Positions 1 through 9,272 of a stretch of 48,793 nt of DNA are shown here, in pieces; positions within the stretch are counted from its first letter, which is position 1, and every line of letters starts with the position of its first letter. The position numbers and the translations under genes were made by a program. Under the pieces are notes generated by a model that had not been told where the DNA came from, searched no databases, and saw only the letters and a program-made list of their open reading frames with translations. The DNA is from Pseudolabrys sp. Lineage in GTDB: Bacteria; Pseudomonadota; Alphaproteobacteria; Rhizobiales; Xanthobacteraceae. Location of the stretch: positions 1 through 48,793 of the forward strand of contig JBQCFB010000315.1 of the NCBI GenBank assembly GCA_051959715.1, written 5' to 3'.

Positions 1-543
1 GCGGCAAAGGAGGGCGTCGATCTCAAATCGAAGGCGCAGATCGTCTATGGCGCGCCGGCGCTGCTCGCCGCCAAGCTGGAGCAGGGCGAGATGGACGCCG
101 TGCTGAACTACTGGAACCTTTGCGCCCGTCTCGAGGCGCGCGGCTACCGCCGCCTGGTCGGCATGGAGGAGGTGCTGCCGAAATTCGGCGTCTCACCGCA
201 ACTGCCGATGATCGGCTACGCGTTCACCGAAGCTTTTGCACAGGCGCATCCCAAGACCCTGGCCGCCTTTCTCGACGCGGCCTACGCCGCCAAGGACATC
301 CTGAAGACCTCTGACGCCGAGTGGGAGCGCATCGCGCCGCTCACCGGCACGGAGGACGCGGCGACGCTCAAGGCCTATCGCGACCGCTACCGCGAGGGCA
401 TCCCGGATCGTAACCGTCTGGCGGACGACGAAAAGGACGCAGCCGCGCTCTACCGCGTGCTCGCGCGGCTCGGCGGCAAGGCCCTCGTCGGCGATGCGTC
501 CGAACTTGCGCCGGGCACGTTCTACGGTCCGCCGGGGCGGTGA
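1..543 (+). CDS. ABC transporter substrate-binding protein (NitT/TauT, NMT1-like), 5'-truncated by window edge
   Basis: Frame is open from base 1 (AAKEGVDLKSKAQIVYGAPALLAAKLEQGEMDAVLNYW...); directly upstream of permease and ATPase genes. Confidence 0.85.
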   Translation, partial: AAKEGVDLKSKAQIVYGAPALLAAKLEQGEMDAVLNYWNLCARLEARGYRRLVGMEEVLPKFGVSPQLPMIGYAFTEAFAQAHPKTLAAFLDAAYAAKDILKTSDAEWERIAPLTGTEDAATLKAYRDRYREGIPDRNRLADDEKDAAALYRVLARLGGKALVGDASELAPGTFYGPPGR

Positions 544-547
544 CGTC

Positions 548-1285
548 ATGCAGCGGCTCGCTTCGCTGATCCTGTTCTGCGCGGTCTGGTGGGCCGCCTC
601 GTTGTTCGCAGGGCCGCAGATGCTGCCCGGGCCGGAGCGGGTGATGGCGGTCGTCGTGGCGCAGGCGCGCACCGGCGAGCTGTTCCTGCAACTCGGCGTG
701 ACGCTGGCGCGCGTCGCCTGCGCCTTCACGCTCGCTATGGCGTTCGGCACCGTGATTGGCCTTGCCATGGGCCGCTTCCGCCTGATCGACCGTGTCGGCG
801 ATCCCTGGCTGATCGTGCTGCTCAACCTGCCGGCGCTCGTCGTCATCGTGCTGGCCTTCATCTGGGGCGGCCTGACGGAGACTGCCGGCATCCTCGCGGT
901 CGCGGTCAACAAGCTGCCGAACACCATCGTCACCGTGCGTGAGGGCAGCCGTGCGCTCGACCGCGCGCTCGACGAGATGGCGCAGGTCTTCGCCATTCCG
1001 CGCTGGAAGGCGCTGCGCCACGTCGTCCTGCCGCAGCTCGCGCCCTATATCGCGGCGGCGGCGCGCTCGGGCCTGTCGCTCGTCTGGAAGATCGTGCTGA
1101 TCGTCGAACTGCTCGGCCGTCCGAACGGCGTCGGCTTCGAGATAGGCACGGCCTTCCAGTTGTTTGACGTACCCACGATCCTCGCCTATGCGCTGAGTTT
1201 CGTCGTGGTCATCCTGTTGATCGAAACCCTCCTGGTGCAGCCCATTGAACGACGTGTCTCGCGCTGGCGCATCGGAGCGGCTTGA
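548..1285 (+). CDS. ABC transporter permease (NitT/TauT family)
   Basis: Multiple hydrophobic segments; EAA-like loop DEMAQVFAIPRWKALRHVVLPQLAP; ATG 4 nt after upstream stop. Confidence 0.9.
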   Translation: MQRLASLILFCAVWWAASLFAGPQMLPGPERVMAVVVAQARTGELFLQLGVTLARVACAFTLAMAFGTVIGLAMGRFRLIDRVGDPWLIVLLNLPALVVIVLAFIWGGLTETAGILAVAVNKLPNTIVTVREGSRALDRALDEMAQVFAIPRWKALRHVVLPQLAPYIAAAARSGLSLVWKIVLIVELLGRPNGVGFEIGTAFQLFDVPTILAYALSFVVVILLIETLLVQPIERRVSRWRIGAA

Positions 1286-2000
1286 GATCCGCATCACCCG
1301 CAAGGCCTATGCCGCGCCGGACGGCACGCGGGTCGATGTCTTGCGCGACATCGCCTTCGGCATCGGCGCGCGCGAGGTCGTGGCGCTGGTCGGCCCCTCG
1401 GGCTGCGGCAAGACCACCTTGCTCCGCATCGTCGCCGGCCTCGACCGCGACTTCGAGGGCGAGGTCGATCGGCCGGAGGCGGCGCGGCTCGGCATGGTGT
1501 TTCAGGAGCCGCGGCTGCTCGCCTGGCGCTCCGTCGAGGAAAACGTGCGGCTGGTCGCGCCGGACTTGGCGCCGGAGCGGCTCGACGCGCTGTTCGACGC
1601 GCTCGAACTGTCGGCGCACCGCGGCCACTTGCCCGGCGCGCTCTCGCTCGGGCTTGCCCGCCGGGCCGCGCTGGCGCGCGCCTTCGCAGTCGAGCCGGCG
1701 TTGCTTCTGCTCGACGAGCCCTTCGTCTCGCTCGACCTGCCGCTCGCCCGCCGCTTGCGGCGGCAACTCGTCGACCTGATCGATGCGCGTGGAACGGCGA
1801 CGCTCCTCGTGACCCACGACGCCGAAGAAGCGGTGAGCCTTGCCGATCGCGTGCTGCTGTTGTCGCCACGGCCGGCGACCATCCTCGCCGATATCGCCAT
1901 TGCAACGCCGCGTCGTCTGCGCTCCGAGGCGGAGATGCAGCAGGCGATCGCCGCCATCGACCGGCATCGCGAGGCGACGGGCGGAGCGGGTGGCCGATGA
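1245..2000 (+). CDS. ABC transporter ATP-binding protein (start uncertain: TTG 1245 or GTG 1254)
   Basis: Walker A GPSGCGKT, Q-loop FQEPRLL, Walker B LLLLDEPF, H-loop VTHD; variant signature LSLGL. Confidence 0.9.
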   Translation: MNDVSRAGASERLEIRITRKAYAAPDGTRVDVLRDIAFGIGAREVVALVGPSGCGKTTLLRIVAGLDRDFEGEVDRPEAARLGMVFQEPRLLAWRSVEENVRLVAPDLAPERLDALFDALELSAHRGHLPGALSLGLARRAALARAFAVEPALLLLDEPFVSLDLPLARRLRRQLVDLIDARGTATLLVTHDAEEAVSLADRVLLLSPRPATILADIAIATPRRLRSEAEMQQAIAAIDRHREATGGAGGR

Positions 2001-2659
2001 CGCTCCTGATTTTCGATTGCGACGGCGTGCTGGTCGATTCCGAGGTTCTGGCCAATGCGGCGCTCGCCGACCTGATCACGGCGCTTGGCCGGCCGATGAC
2101 CACCGAAGAGGCGATCGGCATCTTCACCGGGCGGCAGCTGCGCGACGTGCTGGCGCTCGTCGAAGGCCTGCTCGGCCGGCCGGTCCCGCCCGATCTTGGC
2201 GAACAGGCGGGACGCGCCATGCTCGAGCGGCTGCGCCGCGAGCTCAAAGCCGTTGCCGGCGTGCACGAGGCGATTGCCGCGCTGCCGTTCGCGCGCTGCG
2301 TTGCGTCATCGTCGAAGCGTGAGCGCATCGCGCTGTCGCTGGAGGTCACCGGGCTGGCGCCCCTGTTTGGCGACAAGGTGTTCAGCGCCGAGCAGGTGGC
2401 GCACGGCAAGCCCGCGCCAGACCTGTTCCTGTTCGCGGCGCGACGTCTCGGCTTTGCGCCGGCATCCTGCATCGTGATCGAGGATTCCGCTCTCGGCGTG
2501 CGCGCGGCGCGGGCCGCCGGGATGACCGCCGTCGGCTTCGTCGGAGGCAGTCATGCCGCGCCGAACCTGGCATCGATGCTCGCGGAAGAAGGAGCGGCTT
2601 GCGTCGTTGCTTCGATGGCCGAACTGCCGGGCGCGGTGATGCGGCTCTGCGGAAATTGA
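1997..2659 (+). CDS. HAD-IA family hydrolase/phosphatase
   Basis: FDCDGVLVDSE motif I, GKPAPD, IEDS motifs; ATGA overlap with ATPase stop. Confidence 0.9.
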   Translation: MTLLIFDCDGVLVDSEVLANAALADLITALGRPMTTEEAIGIFTGRQLRDVLALVEGLLGRPVPPDLGEQAGRAMLERLRRELKAVAGVHEAIAALPFARCVASSSKRERIALSLEVTGLAPLFGDKVFSAEQVAHGKPAPDLFLFAARRLGFAPASCIVIEDSALGVRAARAAGMTAVGFVGGSHAAPNLASMLAEEGAACVVASMAELPGAVMRLCGN

Positions 2660-2715
2660 TTTGCGCCGGCGCGGCAGCCTGCGATCATTCCCGCCGGAAC
2701 GTGGATGAGGCAAGC

Positions 2716-3060
2716 ATGCGCATCATTCTCATGACCGCCGTCGCAGCGGCGTTGCTCGTCGGATCGGCGGCCGCCAAGGACAAGCCGACGCGCTTCTGGA
2801 ACCTGACCATGCACACGGTCAGCAATCTCCAGCTCTCGCCTGCGGGCAAGAACGAGTTCGGCCCGAACCAGTGCAAGAACGACAAGGACGGCACCGTCGA
2901 TCACGACGAGCGCGTCGAGGTGACCGGTGTCGCCGGCGGACGCTATGACGTGAAGATCGCCGACGTGACCGGCCGTGCGTGCGTCGTCCGGAACGTCGAG
3001 GTGAAGCCCGGCGCCGTCTTCGTCATCGACGAGAAGCAGCTCGCCGGCTGCGGCAAGTAG
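2716..3060 (+). CDS. Small secreted protein (114 aa) with EF-hand/lanmodulin-like loop KNDKDGTVDHDE
   Basis: GAGG RBS; signal peptide MRIILMTAVAAALLVGSAAA; three Cys; high-GC3 codon usage. Confidence 0.8.
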   Translation: MRIILMTAVAAALLVGSAAAKDKPTRFWNLTMHTVSNLQLSPAGKNEFGPNQCKNDKDGTVDHDERVEVTGVAGGRYDVKIADVTGRACVVRNVEVKPGAVFVIDEKQLAGCGK

Positions 3061-3063
3061 CGC

Positions 3064-3276
3064 TCACAGCGACTTCTGCTGCCCCGGATATTCGCAATGC
3101 CAGCGCACGGCGCGCCACTTCGGATGCTCGCCGATCCACTGCGCGATGTAGGGCGGGGCTGCCATCGCGCATTGCTGGAGCGATTCACCGCGGTTCATGT
3201 AGTCGATGTGCTGGTCCTCGCACTGGCTCGGTTGAGCCAGCGCGCACACGGTGAGCACGAGGGTGATGATGCCCAT
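3064..3276 (-). CDS. Small Cys/Trp-rich, probably exported protein (70 aa)
   Basis: Hydrophobic N-terminus, four Cys, C-terminal QWIGEHPKWRAVRWHC; same strand and just downstream of fhcC. Confidence 0.65.
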   Translation of the reverse strand: MGIITLVLTVCALAQPSQCEDQHIDYMNRGESLQQCAMAAPPYIAQWIGEHPKWRAVRWHCEYPGQQKSL

Positions 3277-3341
3277 GGTCCGAATCCTGCACGGATGCGC
3301 CATTTTACAATGGGAGCTACGTACGGGCGACGGATTTGGTT

Positions 3342-4154
3342 TCAGTCTCCGGGACAGAAAATTTCGCCGCGGCCGGTGACGGCCATGTCGCCGAGCAGAC
3401 GACGCAGCGGACGCGCCAAAATCGCCGCCGAACCGGGGCTGAACGGCGCGACGAAATTTGAAAGCAGGCGATTGGCGACGAGTTCATGGACGCCGCAATC
3501 GGCGAAAGTGGGGGATAATTCGGCAGCGCCGGAGCATAGCACCAATGTTCCGCGCGCCATCAGGTAGCCGGGCAGGGGACCGGCGCTGCCGCGCACGATC
3601 ACCGTCCCTGCGATCATGCGGCTGCCGGCGTAGGGCCCCACCGCGCCTTCGATCACGATCGTGCCGCGGCGCAGCCGATCGCCGGCGCGCTCGCCTGCGT
3701 CACCGCGCACGATGAGCACGCCGCCACGCATGCCGGCGGTCTCGCCGGGTAGCGGGCCGCCGAGCCGCTCGCCGGCTTTGCCTTTGATCTCGATCGTACC
3801 GCCGCGCATGCCGGACCCGGCAAAAGGTCCGGCATCGCCGCCGATCGTCAGGCTGCCGCCGTGCATCATCCGCCCCGCCTTGATGCCGACCGTGCCCTCG
3901 ACGGTGATTGCTCCCGCGACCATGCCGGCGCCGACGAGGTCGAAGCGCTCGCTGCCGCCGTCGAACCGTATTTCGGCGGCGTCGCCGATGTGCAGCCTGA
4001 AGACATCGCCGACGGTGACGCGCTCGCGCGTCGTGTTGAGGGTCAGGCCGGCGATCGCCTTTGCACTCAGGCCGGAGAGGCGCTCCGGCACCAGCGGCGA
4101 GAGGTCCAGCCGCTGCGCGGGCGCGTCGCGCAAGGTGAAGACCATGGCGCTCAC
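3342..4154 (-). CDS. fhcC: Formyltransferase/hydrolase complex subunit C (FwdC/FmdC-like)
   Basis: GXGXG beta-helix repeats (GMRGGTIEIKGKAG etc.); GTGA overlap with fhcD; position in fhc operon. Confidence 0.95.
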   Translation of the reverse strand: MSAMVFTLRDAPAQRLDLSPLVPERLSGLSAKAIAGLTLNTTRERVTVGDVFRLHIGDAAEIRFDGGSERFDLVGAGMVAGAITVEGTVGIKAGRMMHGGSLTIGGDAGPFAGSGMRGGTIEIKGKAGERLGGPLPGETAGMRGGVLIVRGDAGERAGDRLRRGTIVIEGAVGPYAGSRMIAGTVIVRGSAGPLPGYLMARGTLVLCSGAAELSPTFADCGVHELVANRLLSNFVAPFSPGSAAILARPLRRLLGDMAVTGRGEIFCPGD

Positions 4155-5059
4155 GGCAGCATGTCCTTCAGGTGGTAGTGATGCGGCCCGAGCTTGCCGC
4201 CGTAATTGCCGGCGCCGACGCGCAGCGCGCCGCGGTCCGGTCCAAGAGCGATGATCGCAGCGAGCCCGGCGCGCATCGCGGCCGCGACCGCGTCGGGCGT
4301 CAGGCCGTCAATGACGATCTCCAGCACCGCGCCGATGTCGGCATCGAGCACGCTGCGACCGGCGCCTTTCAGCGTCGGGCAATAGGCGTCGTTGGTCGAG
4401 GCGATCATGCCCTTGTATTTCGCCCCGATCTTCGAGCCCGAGCGCGCGATGCCGCCGGGAAACGGCATGATCACGTCGGACACGTCGCCGATCGCGGCGA
4501 CCGCCGCTTCGGCCGCGGCAAGCGTCGTCTCGAAGCGCGCGCCCATGATGATCAGGTTGCCGCCGCCGACCGCGGCCTTGGTCAATCCGGTCGTCGCCTC
4601 GCAGACGAACTCGCCATCCATCACCGGGATGCGCCAGAAGCGCCTGCCGCCGAAACGCTTGGCGACCTGATAGCCGTCGCCGAAGAAGCGCAGCGCATTG
4701 CCGAGCTTCAGCGTCTCGGTGCCGGCCAGGTCGGCGTAGCAGGCCGAACCCGGGCTGGTCAGCACGCATTGGCCGACGCGCAACTGGAGCTGCTTCTGCA
4801 ATTCGGCGGTCGCGGTCGAGAACAGCAGCACTCGCACGCCCGGGCGGCCGTCCGGCGTTGCCGATACCGGCACGTCGCGGTCGATGCCAGCCTCGGCGCC
4901 GCAGCCGATCACCGACGTGCCGAAGCCGGTCATCGTCACCGCCGCCTGCCGGGCCCAGACGAGCGTGGGCGCGGTGATGACCAGCGCGGTCGCCCGCATG
5001 CCGAAGGCCTCGGCAAAGGTGTCGTCGATCCGGACGCCGTTGGCGATCAACTGCGGCAT
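4151..5059 (-). CDS. fhcD: Formylmethanofuran:H4MPT formyltransferase (Ftr)
   Basis: IDDTFAEAF, TSVIGCGAEAG, TPDGRPG, RSGSK, GNYGGKLGP motifs. Confidence 0.96.
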   Translation of the reverse strand: MPQLIANGVRIDDTFAEAFGMRATALVITAPTLVWARQAAVTMTGFGTSVIGCGAEAGIDRDVPVSATPDGRPGVRVLLFSTATAELQKQLQLRVGQCVLTSPGSACYADLAGTETLKLGNALRFFGDGYQVAKRFGGRRFWRIPVMDGEFVCEATTGLTKAAVGGGNLIIMGARFETTLAAAEAAVAAIGDVSDVIMPFPGGIARSGSKIGAKYKGMIASTNDAYCPTLKGAGRSVLDADIGAVLEIVIDGLTPDAVAAAMRAGLAAIIALGPDRGALRVGAGNYGGKLGPHHYHLKDMLP

Positions 5060-6675
5060 GGCACGGCTTCGAAGCGGTAACGCGGCCCGAGCACGCGCTC
5101 GGCCACGGTCATGAAATCGGGCGTCAGCCCGTAGCGCTCCCGGTAATAGTCGCGCATGCGGCGCTCGATGGCCTGCTCCCTGTCGGGAGCGACGTTGAGG
5201 GTGCGGCCGAACGTTTCGCGCACGACGGAGCCGTCGCGCACGACCAGCGTCCCGTCCTTGAAGACGAGCGACGCGTTGCGGAACATCGCCGCTCTGTCCT
5301 TGTCAGGCGCGTAAACAGCGATATCGGCGACCGCGCCGGGTCCGAGATGTCCGCGGTCCTTGAGGCCGAGCAGCCGTGCCGGCGCCGCGCGGGTCATGGT
5401 CGCGATCTCGGTCCACGTGTATTCGCGCGCGATCGCGGGCAGGGTGGTGACCTCCATCGCCTCCTTGGGCAGACGCGAGATCCACTCCGCGCGCAGGTCG
5501 CGACCCATCAGCAGCGCGAACAGGTCCGGATAGGACGTGAACGGAGCGCCGTTCGGATGGTCGGTCGTGAAGAACACGCGCCACGGATCAGAAATCAGCA
5601 GGAACAGCTCGAGCCCCGCCGCCCATTGCACGGCGTTGAAGAAATTCGTGGGCCGGTAGTCGTAGGGCACGATACCGCCGCCATTGGCGTCGCCGTCGTG
5701 GATCAGCCATTTCTTCGGGCTCGCCGCGGCGCGCGCGTTGAACTGGCGCAGTACGTCGGACGAGATCGTTACGGTCTGCCCGAACATCACCTGGCCGATG
5801 TCGACGGTGACGCTCCTCGCGGCGTTCACCGCCTCGGCGAGACGCGCCGCCGCCGACGAGAAGCCGCGTGGCCCTTTCTTGCCGTAGGCGTAGAACTGCA
5901 CGTGCGCGAGGTGGAGCGGCAGGCCTTCGGCCGCGGCGATGGTGGTAATCGCGGTATCGACGTTGCCGGCGATGCCGAGATTGTTGCAATGGACGTGCAG
6001 CGGATGCGGCAGGCCGAGCGCGGTGACGCCGCTCTGGAGCGCCTTCACGATCGCGCGCGAGGAGACGCCATAGTCCGGCACCTCGTCGTCGAGCGCGAAG
6101 CTGCGCAAATTCTCCTTGAAGGCTTCGGCGCCGCCGGCATTGATGACCTTGACGCCGAGCCCGCGCGACGTGGCGAGCGTCCAGGCGATGGTGTCCTCCA
6201 GCGCATGCGCGCCTTCCCTGCGGCGCAACAGGTCGAGCGTGAAATCGTCATTGCCGAGGATCGTCAGTGCGCCCTTGTCGATGATCGGAATGTCTGCGAG
6301 CTCGAGATGCGCCTGCAGCGCGTGGTGCGGCGGCACGGCCGGCTCGATGACGGTGGTGAAACCCATTGCGGCATAGAGTCGTCCGGTCTCGCGCGCGGTC
6401 CAGGCGCCGCGCGGCTGCGGCGCGTGACCGGGATGCTCGCCGCCGCGCTGCTCGGGCAGCATCAGGCGGCCGGCATTCTCGTTGTAGCCGGCGATGTGCG
6501 AATGGATGTCGATGGCGCCGGCCAGCACGATCTTGCCGCCGATGTCGTGCGTCTCGTCGGCCTTGCCTCCGGCGGGGGCGGCGACGATGAGCCCGTCGCG
6601 GATCCAGACGTCGCCGACACCGTCGCGGCCGTTCGCCGGATCGACGACATGTCCTCCGGCAAGACGCGTCAGCAT
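5047..6675 (-). CDS. fhcA: Formyltransferase/hydrolase complex subunit A (amidohydrolase, FwdA-like)
   Basis: DIHSHIAG, HPLHVHCNNLG, HLAHVQFYAYG, TTDHPNG motifs; true start at MLTRLAGG (6675), overlapping fhcB stop. Confidence 0.95.
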   Translation of the reverse strand: MLTRLAGGHVVDPANGRDGVGDVWIRDGLIVAAPAGGKADETHDIGGKIVLAGAIDIHSHIAGYNENAGRLMLPEQRGGEHPGHAPQPRGAWTARETGRLYAAMGFTTVIEPAVPPHHALQAHLELADIPIIDKGALTILGNDDFTLDLLRRREGAHALEDTIAWTLATSRGLGVKVINAGGAEAFKENLRSFALDDEVPDYGVSSRAIVKALQSGVTALGLPHPLHVHCNNLGIAGNVDTAITTIAAAEGLPLHLAHVQFYAYGKKGPRGFSSAAARLAEAVNAARSVTVDIGQVMFGQTVTISSDVLRQFNARAAASPKKWLIHDGDANGGGIVPYDYRPTNFFNAVQWAAGLELFLLISDPWRVFFTTDHPNGAPFTSYPDLFALLMGRDLRAEWISRLPKEAMEVTTLPAIAREYTWTEIATMTRAAPARLLGLKDRGHLGPGAVADIAVYAPDKDRAAMFRNASLVFKDGTLVVRDGSVVRETFGRTLNVAPDREQAIERRMRDYYRERYGLTPDFMTVAERVLGPRYRFEAVPCRS

Positions 6676-7739
6676 GGTGCGCGCTCCGGCAGGCGCGCCG
6701 CGATCGCCTCGAGCGCCGTGGCGACGGAAAGTTTCGCCGAACTCGCCGACGTCAGGACCGGCGCCAGCGTGCCGGTCGCGGCGAGATGCATCACGGCATC
6801 GTGATCGACGCCCGGCCGGCCGACGGCGAATGCGACCTCGGCCTTGCCGCGACCGCTTTCGCCGCCCGTCAACGCGATGGTCGGCACTTCGCGGCGCCAT
6901 GTCGGCGCAGTGTCGTCGAGCGCCGAGATCCAGACGGCGCAATCGGCTTCGCCGCCGTCGATGAGCCGCACCGCATCGAATCGCCACGGATCGTGTTCGG
7001 CGTGGCCACGGCCGAAGCCGGTGCGCGGCGGAAAGCCGGTGAGCCATCCGCTCGCCTGCAGCACCGCGGCGGCGTTGCCACCGGGCGCGAGCGGCAAACC
7101 GGAAAAGCGCGTTGCCGCATTGAGATCGTTCACGAGCCCGCACAGCATCTCGATGGTGAGGGCATCGAGCGCCGCAGCCGACCAGACCGCCACTCCGAAC
7201 TTCGCCTTGGCCAGATCGGCGGCGAGCGCATCGATGGCGGCGTCGGCCTTGCCGGCGGGGCGTGCGCCGCACCGCGCGCGCAGCCGCGCGAGATGGACGG
7301 GCAGGGTGGCGGGATCGCCGCCGATACGCTCGCATCGGCCGTTCAATGCGCCGACGTCGTCGCCGCCGCAAAGCCAGACGATGCGCTTCGATCGTGCCGG
7401 GGGCGCGCCGAGCAGGCGCTCGGGCAGGTCCGGCCAGGCCTGCAACAGTCCGGGACCGACGAGCAGCAGTAGTTCGGACCGCAGCCGCGCCTCGCTCGGC
7501 GTGGTCGTCATCATGCCGCTCGCGCGCATGACGTCGAGGTCGCGCAGCAGCGCCGCCGCGTGCATGTGATCGAAGGCGCCGCCCGCACGCTGCGCCAGCG
7601 CGATCGCCGCGCGCGCGCCGGCGACGTCGGTGCCGAGCCCGGCGACGACGGGCATCCGGCTGGCCGCGATCAGGCGCGCAGCTTCATCCGCCGCGGCCTC
7701 GACCGTCACCGGCTGTCCCCGAATCCACGCCTCCGCCAT
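6669..7739 (-). CDS. fhcB: Formyltransferase/hydrolase complex subunit B (degenerate FwdB-like)
   Basis: PVVAGLGTDVAGARAA, WLTGFPPRTGFGRG, HDPWRFD, GRPGVDH motifs; first gene of fhcBADC. Confidence 0.92.
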   Translation of the reverse strand: MAEAWIRGQPVTVEAAADEAARLIAASRMPVVAGLGTDVAGARAAIALAQRAGGAFDHMHAAALLRDLDVMRASGMMTTTPSEARLRSELLLLVGPGLLQAWPDLPERLLGAPPARSKRIVWLCGGDDVGALNGRCERIGGDPATLPVHLARLRARCGARPAGKADAAIDALAADLAKAKFGVAVWSAAALDALTIEMLCGLVNDLNAATRFSGLPLAPGGNAAAVLQASGWLTGFPPRTGFGRGHAEHDPWRFDAVRLIDGGEADCAVWISALDDTAPTWRREVPTIALTGGESGRGKAEVAFAVGRPGVDHDAVMHLAATGTLAPVLTSASSAKLSVATALEAIAARLPERAPC

Positions 7740-7754
7740 CGCGCTGTGTCCGGC

Positions 7755-8138
7755 TCAATCGTCGTATTTGATGTAGGCGAAGCGCTGATCCTGCTGCGGC
7801 GTGCCTTCGAGCGCGCCGCCCGCCTTGCCCGGCTGCCAGTGCACGACGTCCTCGATCTTCTTCGCCAGTTCGAAATCCTTGTCGGTGATGCCCTTGGCTG
7901 CATGGTTCTGCAAGCGCACTTCGACCCAGGCATAGGACGCGGTGATGTCGGGGTGGTGCCACGCCGCCTCGGCGAGATGACCGACGGTGTTGACGACCAT
8001 CAGCGTGCCTTTCCAGCTATGCGTGCGGTACTTGCGGCGGATCCAGCCGCCTTCGTAAGTCCAATGCGGAAGGTCGCGCGCGAGCCGCGCCTTGATCTCG
8101 TCGTCGGTGTAAGTGCGTTCTTTCGCTTCGGCAGCCAT
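7755..8138 (-). CDS. Pterin-4-alpha-carbinolamine dehydratase
   Basis: AEAAWHHPDI, GITDKDFELAKKIE motifs; 15 nt upstream of fhcB. Confidence 0.9.
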   Translation of the reverse strand: MAAEAKERTYTDDEIKARLARDLPHWTYEGGWIRRKYRTHSWKGTLMVVNTVGHLAEAAWHHPDITASYAWVEVRLQNHAAKGITDKDFELAKKIEDVVHWQPGKAGGALEGTPQQDQRFAYIKYDD

Positions 8139-8270
8139 GATGAAAACCTTTCCTCGGCAGAGCCGCTGGTCCCCCGAGTTGCCAAGCACGCTCAACTGCC
8201 GCAGTCTAATCGCAGAATTCATTTGGAAAAACCCCGTACCGGCGACATCAGTCGCGGGAGCGTCCGATTG

Positions 8271-9254
8271 ATGTCAGTGCCGACGCGCGTCACCGTTACC
8301 GTTCCGGCCCGCCTGCACTTCGGGTTCCTCGATCTCAACGGCGGGCTGGGCCGGCGCTTCGGCAGCATCGGCCTTGCGATCAGCGGCTTGCGCACGCGCG
8401 TTTCGGCTTCACGCGCGGGCGATGTTGCCGTGACCGGTATCGAGGCGGAGAACGCGCGCCGCGTTGCTGCACGCCTCTGCGCGATGCTTAAAATTGACGG
8501 CGGTTACCACCTGCATGTCGAGGAAGCCGCGCCGCGCCACGCCGGCCTCGGTTCCGGGACGCAGATGGCGCTGGCGGTCGCAGCGGCGCTGCGCGGCTTG
8601 CATGGAATACCGGCCGATCCGCGCGGTGACGCCGTTCGCCTCGGCCGTGGCGATCGATCCGGCATTGGCATCGGGCTGTTCGACAGCGGCGGACTTGTCG
8701 TCGATGGCGGCCGCGGCGCTGCGAGCGAGGCCGCGCCAGTGATCAGCCGCATGCCGTTTCCGCCGGACTGGCGCATCGTGCTGGTGCTCGACCGCGCGCG
8801 CACTGGCGTGCACGGCGACGAGGAGAGCGCGGCGTTTGCGCGTTTACCGTCGTTTCCGGCATCTGATGCCGCGCACATCTGCCGCATCGTCATGATGCAG
8901 GCGCTGCCGGCGTTGGCCGAGCAGGATCTTCCGGTTTTCGCCGCCGCGATCAAGGAGATGCAGCGCGTTCTCGGTGCGCATTTTGCGCCGCTGCAGGGCG
9001 GCCAGGCATTTGCGAGTCCGGACGTCGCCGCTGCGATCGATCTGATCGAAGAGGCCGGCGGGCTTGGCCGCGGTCAGAGCTCGTGGGGTCCGACGGGATT
9101 TATATTTGCGCGTTCGGCGGCCGACGCGGAACGCCTCGTTCAATTTGCGCGTAACCATCCGCGCTGCCGAGGTCTGGACATCTTTGCTTGCCAGGGGCTC
9201 AATCGCGGAGCAGAGATAGAAACGGGTGATGCAGGGCGGACGACGGACGGCTAG
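8271..9254 (+). CDS. mptG: beta-ribofuranosylaminobenzene 5'-phosphate synthase (GHMP family, Orf4)
   Basis: PARLHFGFLDL, PRHAGLGSGTQ, GRGDRSGIG, GQSSWGPT motifs. Confidence 0.93.
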   Translation: MSVPTRVTVTVPARLHFGFLDLNGGLGRRFGSIGLAISGLRTRVSASRAGDVAVTGIEAENARRVAARLCAMLKIDGGYHLHVEEAAPRHAGLGSGTQMALAVAAALRGLHGIPADPRGDAVRLGRGDRSGIGIGLFDSGGLVVDGGRGAASEAAPVISRMPFPPDWRIVLVLDRARTGVHGDEESAAFARLPSFPASDAAHICRIVMMQALPALAEQDLPVFAAAIKEMQRVLGAHFAPLQGGQAFASPDVAAAIDLIEEAGGLGRGQSSWGPTGFIFARSAADAERLVQFARNHPRCRGLDIFACQGLNRGAEIETGDAGRTTDG

Positions 9255-9272
9255 CTCCGCCGGGAGAGGCTC

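Noticed and set aside
5047-7371. 774-aa FhcA with long N-terminal extension, or an FhcB-FhcA fusion
   Set aside because: The extension is an Arg-rich shadow frame over fhcB; recognisable FhcA begins at 6675
6669-7739. FhcB as a pseudogene because it is short and lacks molybdopterin and Fe-S ligands
   Set aside because: Loss of these features is the known normal state of bacterial FhcB
7560-8270. N-terminal extension of mptG; likewise the long starts given for pqqE, chpT, exbB, fae and orf7
   Set aside because: These overlap real genes or promoters; recognisable homology and RBS begin at the downstream starts
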